Assembly (NCBI GenBank): GCA_013265495.1
Contig: MU058221.1
Coordinates: 1,674,001 to 1,738,000 of the forward strand
DNA length: 64,000 bases
Source: Vicugna vicugna
Taxonomy: Eukaryota
Direction: 5' to 3'
Position numbers and translations under genes: made by a program. The notes below the pieces were generated by a model. It did not search any database. It was not told where the DNA came from and was given only the letters and a program-made list of their open reading frames with translations. Of the stretch, positions 1 to 12,262 are shown piece after piece. Every line of letters begins with the position of its first letter. Within the stretch, counting starts at the first letter, position 1.

Positions 1-276
1 TATTGGTAACAAAAGGGCATTCAATGAATATCTAATAAGGAAATGAATGAAAAGTTATTAATTCCAGAAGGGACAAGGGAGAGGGACAGAAACATTCTTA
101 TAAAGATATCTTGAAATTAAATGAGGACATTAAAATTCTAATTAAATACTGTTGAGTATGTTTAAAAATGAAGTTAATGTAACAGAACAAGGGTTAAACT
201 AGAATAACTCGGTACCCTGAAATTCTTGAACGTTACGAGTATTTCTAACGACCGTGGGAGGAGTTCTGAGGAATTA

Positions 277-307
277 ATCTCTCTCTTTCTCTCCTCCTTT
301 CTCTCTT

Positions 308-347
<40 letters not shown>
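277..347. repeat. (CT)-rich tract followed by (CA)n microsatellite
   Basis: Direct reading: ctctct... then acacac... at 311-347. Confidence 0.95.
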
Positions 348-348
<1 letters not shown>

Positions 349-563
349 CAACAGAGCCAATTGTATCTATTGGGAAGCTTCGTTACAGCCCTGTGCCCGC
401 CATAAAGTCTCCTCCCAACACAAAACCTCGGCCCAGGTCTCCAGATTTCCGCTCGTGAGTTTCTCATCTTTCCCTACTTTCAATTTTGAATCCAGTTGTG
501 TTACACATTAGGACACCCTTCTGTGCAAGAGATTTCTCTGCAAAAACAGGCTGAAAGATTGGC

Positions 564-609
564 TATGTTAGGGGATTTTAGAGTTCCCCAGAGAAACAAA
601 GTGAATAAG

Positions 610-642
<33 letters not shown>

Positions 643-1183
643 TCTGTGTGTCTCTGTGTGTCTGTGTGTGTAGAGAGAGGGAGAGAAGGAGAGAGATTTT
701 TTACAAGTAATTGGCCCATGTGATGGAGGGTGACAAGGGACACGTCCCGAGAGCAGCCGTCAGCGGACAAGCTGATGGGGTAGTTCTAGTCCAAATCTAG
801 CCCAGATCTGAAGGCCTGGAACCAGGAGCGCTGACGGTGTAAGTTCCCGTCCTAAAGCCGACAGACCTGAGACCCAGGAAGAGATGATTTTCAGCCACAG
901 TCCAAACACAGGGGATGAAAATCAGCGCCCCAGTGCAAAGGCAGTCAGGGCAGAGGAGCATCCAGCCCTCTGAAGGAAGGCCGGCCCTTGGCTCCCTTCA
1001 AGCCTTCCCATGACTGGGTGAGACCCACCCAGACGAGAGAGCGCTCTCTGCTTCACTCAGTTTATTGACTTACCTGTTAAACTCATCCCCAAACCCCTTC
1101 ACAGAAACACCCAGAGTGACGTCCGGCCAACACCGGGGCGCCTGGCGGTCCCGTTACTCTGACACGTAACGTGAGCCATCACA
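564..1183 (-). mobile_element. MLT2-type (ERVL) solo LTR with internal (TG)n/(GA)n tract
   Basis: Starts tatgttaggg...ccccagagaaaca, contains gagattt..aattggcccatgtg and ctgcttcactcagttt, ends ctgacacgtaacgtgagccatcaca; matches recalled reverse-complemented MLT2B consensus. Confidence 0.85.
611..695. repeat. (TG)n / (TGTC) / (GA)n compound microsatellite
   Basis: Direct reading. Confidence 0.95.
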
Positions 1184-2774
1184 GGGGACGGGACAGCAGA
1201 GGCCCAGCGCCGTTCCCCGCTCATGGGGGCGGTTACGTGCCGGGACGCTGAAGCCCTGATCTGGGGAGAAGGGGCGCTCCCTTCCAAGGCAATGCCCTTC
1301 CTCCTTGGAGAGCCCGCTGTTTCTTGTTGAAACTATACCCTCGGGGCAGAAAAACGCATCATTGTTGACAATTCACTTGGACCCGCGTCTCTGAGTCTCC
1401 GCAGCCTTAGGTGGACAAAGGCCAGCGGCCTGCACTGCTGTGAAAGGGGAAGGCTGGGCCCCGGAAGGAAGGCGCACTGCCTGTGAAGACATTTCCAACA
1501 TTAGCTGACTAGACTAGAATGTCTTGTGAGGGAAGGGGTCTTTTTTTTTCCATCGTCTCAGCAAGACCTACCACCCACTGTACCTGCCGGAGCCTGCCTG
1601 TGGATAACTTATTGGCTTCAAATTGTAAACTCCGTCAAAACTCCCATTAATCTCTCCCACCCAGTGGCCACTGCTATTTTGTGATTTTCCTTTGTGTCCC
1701 ATCTCTCAGCTTATAGTTGGCAGCAGAGTTGAAGCCAAAACTGATATTTGATACCAAATCCTTTGGCTAAAATGTTTTCCCCAGGTTACCAGATCAGAAG
1801 CGTAGTCAGGCTCCAAAAAAAAAAATTCAAAACCGCTTTTATGGAAGCTTCCTGACCTTCAGGGTTTCCTTTCAACTTAGTTTCAGAAGGATTTATGCTT
1901 CTGAGTTTCATCTTCCTGAATAAAAACAATTGCAAAGTAAGCAAGATCTGAACAGGGTATACAGCATTGAAAGACAAAGCAAAACAAACAGAAATTTGGA
2001 GCACTAAGAAGGAGACTTTCAGTGGGAAAGCTAAGCTCATATGTCATTCCGAAGAAAAAAAGCAGCTGGTGTGCCTCAGAAAACTCTCTCCGGGAATATG
2101 AAAGAAATGTCAGGAGCAAAATTCCGCGCCAAGAAGAATAACACACTCCCACAAAGGCCTCTGATGCTTTAGTAGAGTAAATATTGTCTCTGTGTTCAAT
2201 TTTAAGAGGTAAATTTATTTAATTGTAAAGAAGTTTTTTTAACTTAGTTTAATGACACACGGCGTTTAAATCTACACAATAGAACATGCTGTTGTGATGG
2301 GCTATTTGGCTTCCTATCAACACTGTTCCCAAACATCATTTATTACTTAAAGGTGAATTTCCTAAGCAATTAGGCACGGGAGCATTCTAATTAAAAGTTA
2401 AATCAGTGTTCGAATAAGCATAATCGAATAATCACTGCAGTTCTCTGCAACACATTAGCGGCTAGAAGAGTATCTGGTTTGATCACATTTAGGGAAAAAA
2501 AAAGAACCTCATCATCTCTACAGTGAATCGCCTCTGAAAGTATCAGAAATTACCTTTACTGGGAGGCTGTCTGAGTCATTCTTTGTATTAAAGCAGTTGT
2601 GTGTGCGCCTGTGTTTTCTACTTAACGGAGGGTCGAAACTACCACACACCCAGCAAGAGAACGAAGGTCCTCCAACAGGTGCCAGAAGGGTGGGGGGGGG
2701 CTGAAAAAGTGAGGCTGTTTTAGGAGAATCAGGGCAAAACAGTCACTGAGGGCATCGAAGATTCTGCAGCGAGA

Positions 2775-2955
2775 CGACCCGGGTCCAGGACCCGTTTTCA
2801 CCACTCGTTATCGGTGTGACTTTAGGTACATTATCTGGCCTTTCTGTACCTCAGTTACCTTATGAGTGAAAAAAAATGATAACATCAACAGCTCAAGGGT
2901 TTGTAGGGGTTAAACGAGGTAATGTACGCAAAGCCTTAGAATGGCCCCTGCCGGG
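2775..2955 (+). mobile_element. MIR SINE fragment
   Basis: tgtgactttaggtac..cctcagtt..gggtttgtaggggttaaacgaggtaatgtacgcaaagccttaga resembles MIR core and 3' part. Confidence 0.75.
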
Positions 2956-4278
2956 AAGTGAAGGCCGCAGATCTGAGCTTTTATTTGGACGTGACGCTGG
3001 CATGCATCAGGGCACTGGTGGGGTCAGAGTGGCAGTCCCGGACCTGCTGCTTACTCCCGTGTGTCTTTGACCTCTCTGATCCCCTATCTTCTCATCTTCA
3101 AATCAGTTAACTCAGGATTTACGTCACAGGTTGCTAAGAGGGTTAAATGAGATACCAAGGGCTGAGTTCGTAACTAAGGAGTCGGGTGAAGTGTGGGCTC
3201 CCCCAGGAACGGACACACACACCCCACCTGTGGCCCGAGGCCTTGATGCTCTCTCCTCTGCATTAAACAAAAGCCGTTCATTGCACACTGCCTTTTTGTC
3301 CCGATGCTTATTTACTCATTTTTTTAATGCAGAAAATTAAAAGCGAGAGGCAGTGCTTCCGAAGACCTCCCAGGCAGACGAGCTGGTTGGTCCAGGACTG
3401 CAGCTTTCGGCCAGGTATCCTCAGGCAGCAGCGTAAGGGCCACGTGCACTCATCTCCTCTTCTTGGCTGGGTGAGTTCAGGATTTATGAAATGCAATCAA
3501 ATACAAGTGAATTAATTGCCTGTGCCTCATGGAAAAGAAATGCAAAGATTTTGCCCCCTCTGCTTACCTCCTCACACTACACCGCTTAATATGGTGACAG
3601 CACTTGGAACCAGATGCCGCACCGTCTACCACATAGGGAACACGGCAACGACCGAAATGGCGATTTATCATCGTTCTAAGGACCAGTGTGTCTCAAACCA
3701 GACTGACCACAGAAAACACAAGGAAGATTCTGAGCTGCGTGCATGGTCAGGCTTTGATCTGTCTGATCTGATTGCTAATGAGCATAATTCTCAGTCATCT
3801 GTGCCATCTGGACACTTTCTCCGCAGAGGAAACACAGCCAACCCTTTCCTCGCGGGCTGAGCACCAGTCAGAGGGGAGGGTCTCAGCTGGTACCGACGCG
3901 GGCGTGACTCCAGACAGAATCAAAGCAAACCCACTGTGGGATTCGGAAGACCACCCGAATCTCTGCGGTCTCCCTCAGGACTTCCTCTCCCTGTGTCTCC
4001 CGTTGATATTTGCAGGTGCATGAAGCAGGTGAAGCAGGGGAGGGTTTTACCCAGGGGATTTGGGTATTAAGCTAGCCACGGCGGAGAGCGAGGCGGCAGA
4101 AAAGTGGATGACAGCCCAGAGACTGGCCAGCTCTGATTCTCCCAGTTGCAGAAGTGAAGGCAGTTCTCCCGTGTTACTGCGCTGGCCTGAATCGCTTACC
4201 CTTCCTCGGGCTAAGTCTGTGGGGCCTCTTGCACGCCTGCCCTCCAAGCTAAGTGAGACCACTTGTCCACACACGCCC

Positions 4279-4840
4279 TGCGGCTGGCAGAAGTCCAGGA
4301 CGTCCTCTCAAGACTCTCACCCTGACATGCACGTCACGTGTAACCCCTGGGCCTTTGAACGTGACGACACGGCCTCTTCTGTGCTGAGGTCTAGTCCACG
4401 GCACAGTTCACTTTAAGAAAGGGAGACTCTCTTGAACGGACATGACCTAATTAAAAGGGACCAGCTCTTCCTGAAGAAAGAGATCCAAATCACGTGAGAC
4501 GCTCAACAGGAGAGACTGTCCGCTGTTAGCTTTGAAGATGGAAGAGCCCACGTGGCTTAGAGTGTGGGCTGAGACGGTCCCCAGCACACAGTCAGGAAGA
4601 AAGAAGACTCAAGGCCGCCCTTCCTGCAGCCGTGAGGCACTGAATCAGCCACGCGAGTCTGGAAAAGAACCCTAAATCAGGCGAGCGTGCAGCCCACCTT
4701 ACTGCAGTCTTACAAGTCCCTGAGCGGAGGCCTGCATCCTGCCACGTCTAGATTTCCGGCCTACAGAATGGGGACCTAAGAAGCGGTGGTCGTTTTGCTA
4801 CTGAAGTTGTGGAAATTGTGCACAACACAGAATTCACACA
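4279..4840 (+). mobile_element. MLT1-type (MaLR) solo LTR, MLT1E-like
   Basis: ttcactttaagaaagggagact, gctttgaagatggaagag, ccctgagc, gttttgctactgaagttgtggaaattg are typical MLT1 segments. Confidence 0.75.
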
Positions 4841-4884
4841 GCCGCACAGGACCTTCCTTACTCTTCCCCTTTCAGGAACTTCCC

Positions 4885-4998
4885 TGAGCTCCCGGAAGGC
4901 AGGAACCACGTCTCCTCGCTCTTCTGTCCATAGTACCCAGCGTACCGCCCAGAAGATGGCAAATACTCAATAAATATTGGTTAATGAATAAGTGAATC
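4885..4998 (+). mobile_element. L2 LINE 3' end
   Basis: gagctcccggaaggcagg..acccagc..actcaataaatattggttaatgaataagtgaat. Confidence 0.75.
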
Positions 4999-6279
4999 TA
5001 TTCACCCTTCCTTTTAAATCATATTATTTCCAAGTAAATAAAAGTGTTTCTATCATGAAGCTGGAGAGAGATGCTGTTTTCATTTGCCTTAAGTTACGTT
5101 ATTTCCCACTTCCCACCGCTTTTTATCTGATGGGTTTCATCGATTACTTTCATTAATTTAAACACAGAGTCCCACACAGAGTCAAGAGGCATGGCCATCC
5201 TCTATGGAGTTCTGTCCTCTCCTTGTTTACCAGCCCCTCGAGTTCTGCACTTGGATTCTGAGCAGCATGCATGCATGCAAAGTGAGTTTCCATGGGTGCT
5301 CCGGGCCACTTGAGGCAAGAGATACATGTTTCCCTTACAGAAGCCTTCTTTTTTCCCTCCCTCCCTTCCCCTCCCTCCCAAGCATCCCTTTCTCATCTGC
5401 CCCATGATTTTCACGCAACCCCGCCGACGTATGTCCAGCTGAACACCCTCCGCCCTGCTAACGCCCAAGCCCACTGCACACTGTCTTTGCTCGCAGAATT
5501 GTCTTCTGTCTGCAGCGACCTAGGACATCCTCGCTGCGTGGAAAAGATCACCTCATCCATCAGGACCCACGTTAAATGCCAGCTCTACTGTAAAGCTCTC
5601 CTAGGTCTACCTTCATCATTATTCTATACACAGCACTTTTGTTTGGTGCCACCCCTTCTCTAAGAGAGCTGTCTGCTTACCCGCGTGTGGACTCTCCTCC
5701 GGACCATGAGTCCGTCAGGGCTGGGAGCAAGCCCCAGCCCCAGCAGAGGGCCACTTCCAACTGCGGGCTTATACACTCGCCCATTATTTTATCTTTGCTT
5801 GTAGCTCAAAATGATTTAAAGCTAGACCTCCAAAGAGCATTGATGTGTCAAACAGGAGAATCTTGGAAGCAGTAAGTCTTACTTTCTTTCTGGCTTAAGG
5901 GGAAACCAGCTTGGTGACGCTGAGACTCTTACCACCCCACTGCTGAAGGAGGCCACTGAATGGACATTACAGAGTCTTGTCTGACTTCACTCGTGAGATT
6001 TGGGTCCCCTCAGGACTTCTAGCAGAAGTTTATCAGCCGCAGAAATACGTTTTAAAAGTCAAAACACAAGGTAGCATTGCAGTGTTTTTCTGTTGCGTAC
6101 CCGTGAGGATCAGGCGATAAAATTCAGCAATAAAGGTCACAAACGTAACCTGATACAGATGGACACTAATACATTTGGGCACACAATGTGGACCAAAGGC
6201 TCCATTTTATGTTTTTCTAAAGAGAAAGTGCCATTTTCTTGAGTAACAAAAATACCTAATTTTGATCAAGAACTGCTAC

Positions 6280-6450
6280 GTGTCAAGTGCTCTGTAAGCT
6301 TACCTGAATTTAAACTTCATGGCACATCTAAGGTAGGTGAACAAAGTTATTTCCATTTGGCAGGTTAGGCCAGTGAGGTTCAGAAAGTCAGAGTAAGCGC
6401 GAGTCACGCGGCACGATGTCAGAGCTGGCACGCAGATCCGCCTCGCGGGG
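6280..6450 (-). mobile_element. MIR SINE fragment (CpG-rich copy)
   Basis: aagtgctct..aggtaggt..ttccattt..cagtgaggttcagaaagt..gtcagagctgg. Confidence 0.65.
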
Positions 6451-6669
6451 GAGGGGGGAAGGGCTCCATTCTCCTCTGCCGCGGTGGGTGCGGTGGGCTC
6501 CCCGGGTGCCGATCTGGGCCACGACAAAGGGCAGCAGAGCTTCAGCTGGAGCGCCACTGTACGGAATCCCATACTCCATCAATCCTACCCCTCACCCATG
6601 AGGAGAACTAGACTAGCCTCTCAGGCCAAAACTTGTCGGCGAATAAGTACCCATCATCCTTCCACTTCC

Positions 6670-6882
6670 CCAGCCTCTCAAGCTGCGTGCTACTTGCATT
6701 CTGTCGTGGGACCCTGGCCCGCGCACCGTGCTGAACTGAAATAGCAGCACCTATTTGTCCACTGGAAGCCGGTAGCATCTCCCAATCACTTGCGACAACC
6801 AGAATGTCTCCACATGTGGCCGACTACCCCTGCCCAGCATGAGACAGGGGTGGCAGCATCGCCCCAGGCTGAGAACCACGGT
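6670..6882. mobile_element. MER20 (hAT-Charlie) DNA transposon
   Basis: tgcgacaaccagaatgtctccac and terminal atcgccccaggctgagaaccacgg match recalled MER20. Confidence 0.75.
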
Positions 6883-7664
6883 CCAAGTCAAACAAGCCCT
6901 GGAGCAGGAACCAAAAAAAGTCTGGGCTTAAGGTCTCCTGCAAATCACGTCTTTCCAAAACGTGCTCTCCTCGTCTGGGATATACTGGCGTATGTTCTCT
7001 CTAGGTCTTAGCACTCTTGTTAGAGCAAAACAGCAAAATTGAAATGAGAGAATGTCTGCTCAAACAGCTGCGGCAGGAAGAGTATCTTGCTCCCTCCGTG
7101 GACTTTGTAGAGTTTAGACAGCGTTGCAACGTGGGAAGATGCTGGACTGGACGCTGGAAAGACTTAAGTCCTGTTCCCGGCTCTGCCTCTAGCTGCCTGT
7201 GCTCCTTTGGAACTTCAGGTCACCCCCTGTGACTGTAGTAAAAATGTGTCTTATTATGATCGTTTTTGATGTTATTATTAATTTGTCTTGAATCTTCTTC
7301 ACACAGCAGTGCCACATTGCTTTTGGAAAATTTTTTTCCCATCACTTCGTGTAGGCACAGTGGGGCGGTAAACCCAGGTGCTGTCTCCTGTCACAGAAAC
7401 CCAGCAGGCAGGTCCCCCCCATCACCTCCTCATAGCCGCGGGGCCAGCAGGAACCCAGGCTCAGCCTACAAGCTGCTCTTGCCCAGAGCTTTGACTCAGG
7501 GGAGACTCGGCTGGAAGTGTTGCTTGAACCCCATTGCACCCTTCCTAGGAGACGGTTCCTGTGATTTTTGCCTTCTAGCCTTCCAGAGTTGCCTTTTTTC
7601 CATGCCTGGCTCTTCCATTTTCCTCTCAATTCTGTGAATTCCTCATCTCCTTCTGCTGATTGCC

Positions 7665-8115
7665 CTTGATGATGTGTTCTCCCCTTTCTCCATAAGAATA
7701 TGCCAAGTTTTAGTTTGGCACATTGCCATCAAGAATAAAACTTTCATTTCTCAGCTTCCTTAGGCTGCTAGGTTGGGCTGTGTGGTTAAGTTTTGGTCAG
7801 TGGGGTGTAAGCAGAAGTGATATGGACAAAGTCAAAAAAAAAAGTGTCTTCAAGAGGAAAGGCCATGTCATCATTTTTTCCTACTGATTGGAAGGTAGAC
7901 ACAATGGCTGGAGCTCCAGCAACCATATAGGATCATAAGGTAGTCTTGGGAATGTGGAAAATTTGCACAGGTGTAGGATCCTGATTCCTTGACCACAGCA
8001 CCATGCCAGACCTGGATTGATTATTTCTAAAATGCTTGAACTTGACCAGAAGTAAAATTCTTTGTCTTAATTACTAAGGCTGGTAACTCTGTTCCCTGCA
8101 CTGATCCTAACGAAG
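7665..8115 (+). mobile_element. Ancient ERVL-class LTR (LTR33/LTR16-like)
   Basis: atttctcagcttcc..ggctgtgtggttaagttttggtcagtggggtgtaagcagaagtg; atggctggagctccagcaacc. Confidence 0.65.
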
Positions 8116-8149
8116 TCAGGCTTTTGCTTCAGTTAACCCTGATTACTGT

Positions 8150-8400
8150 CTATTGCTTTTGCCTCTTTCAGGTGAAGGTGACTGAAAAATTCAATTCAAA
8201 CTGGCTTAAACTATAAGAAAATAATATTTGCTTACAAAACTGCAAAGTTCTGTGGTAGCCCAGGCTTCAGGCAAAATTCAATCAACATTTCAAAAAATGT
8301 CACTGGAGATCAAGTTTCTCTCAACTTCAGGATCTCGACTTCACTTTCAATTTCCATACGTTGACCCTTGCAGCTTCAGCAACTCTGCATGAACTGGCAA
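8150..8400 (-). mobile_element. Old MLT1 (K/L-like) LTR fragment
   Basis: gtgactgaaaaattcaattcaaactggcttaaac..ggcttcaggca. Confidence 0.5.
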
Positions 8401-8989
8401 GACAGGCTGAAGCCGTTTCAGATCTTACATTTCACTTTCACTCTTCCTCACTGGAGAACGGGTCTCCTGTTGAAGTCCCTCCAAAAAACAAGCAAACAAA
8501 CAAAAAGGAAAGGAAAGATGAAAAGATGTTTGTCTTTCTTCCTCCTTCCCTTTCTTTTCCCTCTTCCCTTTCTCCCATCTTCCTCATTCTTAAAAAAAAA
8601 AAAAAGAAAAAAGAAATCTCAGGGATATATCTCCCCATTTCATTGGCTCTCACTAGCTATAGCCAGTCAGTGGACAAGAGATTAGAGATCCTGACTTTGG
8701 CTTCTATTAGTCAAGCCCCATTCCCGACACTAACCACATAGCTTAGAAGAGGCAAGGTGGTTCCCAAAGGCAAAAGGTAGATTTATTTATCTATAAAGCC
8801 AGCATAGCAATATTTACCTGCCTACTCAAGAAGGTTAAGATGATTAAATCTGATAATTCAGAAGAAGGGGTTTGAAAATGGTGAATTAGCACATAAAGTG
8901 AGGTAGTGTTATCGGTATTAGACTGCACGCTCCTCTTCCTTTCTTTTTTTATTTTTTCCTATTGAATTTTCTCGGAGCTTATGGCACTA

Positions 8990-9222
8990 CAGTTGACCCT
9001 TGAACAATGCAGAAGTTAAGGGCACAGGCGCTCCGTGCAGTTGAAAATCCACTATGACTTACAGTCTGCCCTCGGTATGCACTGTCCCCCCACAGACAGA
9101 ATCCCACGTGTGCAGGTTCCACCACCCGCAGGTCACACAGTGCTGCAACATTTACTATCGAAAAAAATCCAAGTATAGGTGGACCCACACAGCACAAACA
9201 CACGTTGCTCAAGGTTCAGCTG
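8990..9222. mobile_element. MER8-like (Tigger/TcMar) MITE, full length
   Basis: Terminal inverted repeats cagttgacccttgaacaa ... ttgctcaaggttcagctg, flanked by TA at 8988-8989 and 9223-9224. Confidence 0.9.
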
Positions 9223-9296
9223 TACTTTTAGAATAACAGTGATCTGCAATTTTATAGACGTCCTCACATTTTAAAATTTTATTTCTTTAAATTTTT

Positions 9297-10730
9297 TAAC
9301 ATTTTTTATTGATTTATAATCATTTTACAATGTTGTGTCAAATTCCAGTGTTCAGCACAATTTTTCAGTCATTCATGGACATATACACACTCATTGTCAC
9401 ATTTTTTTCTCTGTGACTTATCATAACATTTTGTGTATATTTCCCTGTGCTGTACAGTGTAATCTTGTTTATCTATTCTACAATTTTGAAATCCCAGTCT
9501 ATCCCTTCCCACCCTCTACCCCCCTGGTAACCACAAGTCTGTATTCTCTGTTCATGAGTCTATTTCTGTCCTGTATTTATGCTTTGTTTTTGTTTGTTTG
9601 TTTGTTTTTGTTTTTTAGATTCCACATATGAGCGATCTCATATGGTATTTTTCTTTCTCTTTCTGGCTTACTTCACTTAGAATGACATTCTCNNNNNNNN
9701 NNNNNNNNNNNNNNNNNNNNNNNNNNNNNNNNNNNNNNNNNNNNNNNNNNNNNNNNNNNNNNNNNNNNNNNNNNNNNNNNNNNNNNNNNNNNNNNNNNNN
9801 NNNNNNNNNNNNNNNNNNNNNNNNNNNNNNNNNNNNNNNNNNNNNNNNNNNNNNNNNNNNNNNNNNNNNNNNNNNNNNNNNNNNNNNNNNNNNNNNNNNN
9901 NNNNNNNNNNNNNNNNNNNNNNNNNNNNNNNNNNNNNNNNNNNNNNNNNNNNNNNNNNNNNNNNNNNNNNNNNNNNNNNNNNNNNNNNNNNNNNNNNNNN
10001 NNNNNNNNNNNNNNNNNNNNNNNNNNNNNNNNNNNNNNNNNNNNNNNNNNNNNNNNNNNNNNNNNNNNNNNNNNNNNNNNNNNNNNNNNNNNNNNNNNNN
10101 NNNNNNNNNNNNNNNNNNNNNNNNNNNNNNNNNNNNNNNNNNNNNNNNNNNNNNNNNNNNNNNNNNNNNNNNNNNNNNNNNNNNNNNNNNNNNNNNNNNN
10201 NNNNNNNNNNNNNNNNNNNNNNNNNNNNNNNNNNNNNNNNNNNNNNNNNNNNNNNNNNNNNNNNNNNNNNNNNNNNNNNNNNNNNNNNNNNNNNNNNNNN
10301 NNNNNNNNNNNNNNNNNNNNNNNNNNNNNNNNNNNNNNNNNNNNNNNNNNNNNNNNNNNNNNNNNAACAAAACCTACGGAATGGGAGAAAATTTTTGCAA
10401 GTGAAACCGACAAAGGCTTGATCTCCAAAATATATAAGCAGCTCATACGACTCAATAAGAAAAAAATAAACAACCCAATCCAAAAATGGGCAGAAGACCT
10501 AAACAAGCAATTCTCCAAGGAAGACATACAAATGATCAAAAAGCACATGAAAAAATGTTCAATATCACTAATTATCAGAGAAATGCAAATCAAAACTACA
10601 ATGAGGTATCACCTCACACCAGTCAGAATGGCCGTCATTCAAAAATCCACAAATGACAAATGCTGGAGAGGCTGTGGAGAAAGGGGAACCCTCCTACACT
10701 GCTGGTGGGAATGCGGTTTGGTGCAGCCAC
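9297..10730 (-). mobile_element. Young 5'-truncated, 5'-inverted LINE-1
   Basis: Minus-strand L1 3'UTR at 9297-9692; plus-strand ORF2 C-terminus (..[26 protein letters not shown]) at 10366-10730; perfect 17-bp TSD tatttctttaaattttt at 9280-9296 and 10731-10747. Confidence 0.9.
9693..10365. other. Assembly gap (N run) inside the L1
   Basis: Direct reading. Confidence 1.
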
Positions 10731-10747
10731 TATTTCTTTAAATTTTT

Positions 10748-11107
10748 ACACATTTTAAAGGTTGCACTCCACTTACAGTTATTCCAAAATGGTCCCTACG
10801 CTCCCTGTGTTGTATAATACGTCCCTGTAGCCCATCTGACACCACCAGTGTGCACCTCCCACTTCCCCACTCCTGAACTGCCCCTTCCCCATGCTGGTAA
10901 CCACTAGTTTTGTCTCTATATCTGAGTCTGCTTCTTTGTTATATGCTAACGTGCTGCATTTTTTGGATTCCCCATATAAGTGACATCATACAGTATTCGT
11001 CTTTCTCAGTCTGACTGATTTTACTTAGCATAATGCCCTTCAAGTCCAACTATGTGGCTGCAAGTGGCAAGATTTTGTCCTTTTTATGGCTGAGTAGTAT
11101 TCCATTG
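10748..11107 (-). mobile_element. Older L1 3'UTR, target of the younger inverted L1
   Basis: ctggtaaccactagttt..gattcccatataagtgacatcatacagtatt..tttttatggctgagtagtattccattg. Confidence 0.85.
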
Positions 11108-11149
11108 ACTTTCTCACTTTCTGAAGGCAAACATTTATGGTATTATAAT

Positions 11150-11275
11150 TTTTCATTTTTGTTTGGGGGGAGGTAATTTGGTTTATTTATTTTTTAACGG
11201 AGGCACTGGGGATTGAGCCCAGGACCTCGTGCATGCTAAGCAGGCACTCTTATCACTGAGCTGTACCCTCCCCCC
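11150..11275 (-). mobile_element. tRNA-derived SINE, camelid Vic-1-like
   Basis: Reverse complement reads gggggggagggtacagctcagtg..gaggtcctgggctcaatcccc (A/B boxes); TSD tggt(a/g)ttataat at 11138-11149 and 11276-11287. Confidence 0.85.
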
Positions 11276-11518
11276 TGGTGTTATAATGTAATGCTTTCAG
11301 CCACCCACAGCAAATATCTCCTCCGTCCCCTCCTATCGTTGTCTTGTTACTACAGCAGCAGCGGCATTTCCCTTTAAAGTCTGGGATCTGCCTCACTAAG
11401 TCAAACTTTTAGAGACACAAATATAACCAGAAAATAAGACTGAGAAGATGCGACTTCCCTCTGCTTTGTTCCCCTTTCTCAGCCCGGACTATTCATTTAA
11501 GGAACAGTTATACGGGAT

Positions 11519-11675
11519 GGGGGCGGGGGAGGGGACAGCTCATGGCAGCGCTCACGATTGGTACGCATGAGGTGAGGTCCTGGTTCAATCCCCACTACCT
11601 CCTTTAAAAAAAAATTTAATTAATTAACCTAATTACCTCCCTCACTCAAAAAAACAAGAAACAAAGGGAAAAAAT
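11519..11675 (+). mobile_element. tRNA-derived SINE, Vic-1-like
   Basis: ggggacagctcatgg..gaggtcctggttcaatcccc..aacctaattacctccc followed by A-rich tail. Confidence 0.8.
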
Positions 11676-11749
11676 ATATAATGATATCTGTACTACACAG
11701 GCAATTAAAATTCTGCAGTGACTTCCCAACGCTTTGGGGTAACAGCAAG

Positions 11750-12262
11750 GATGGCTCCCGTGGCCTTAGATCGTGGAACCCCGACTCCCCCGTCCACGCC
11801 CAGCTCACCTCTCCCCGCTCCCCTGTCGTCCGAGGTCATATTGAGCTCCTCTAGGCTCCTCGCTTGCGCCGCAGTCTCTCCTGGGCCAGGACCTCACGTT
11901 CCCCTTGCCTGTGACACCCGTGCCAAACACACAGCACCTGTCAGCACCACCAGTGAGTCTACCAGGTTATTATTCCTACTTCCAGACTCAGCTAGATATC
12001 ACTTCCTCAGGGCAGCCTTCCCTCTGGAACCATGGGACCTGAGAGGGCCCCCTGTCACTTGGCTCATGAGCACATTATGCTTTGACTTTCAAAGTCCTGG
12101 CAGTCATTTGTCAAATGTCTGTATTTCCTAACATTTCCCCCAAATCCCTGAGTTCAGGGAGTATGCATTTCTCAGCACGGTAGTCTCAAAGTTTGCACGA
12201 CACCCAAAACATAATGGTACTAAATAAACATGTATTGAACAAATCCGTGAACCGATGAATTA
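11750..12262 (+). mobile_element. L2 LINE 3' fragment
   Basis: cagactcagctagatatcacttcctcagggcagccttccc; taaataaacatgtattgaac. Confidence 0.65.

Noticed and set aside
9615..10593. Long ORFs of 251-306 aa
   Set aside because: Artefacts of translating through the N gap; flanking residues are L1
11150..11675. tRNA genes
   Set aside because: A/B-box-like heads come with SINE bodies, tails and a TSD, so these are SINEs
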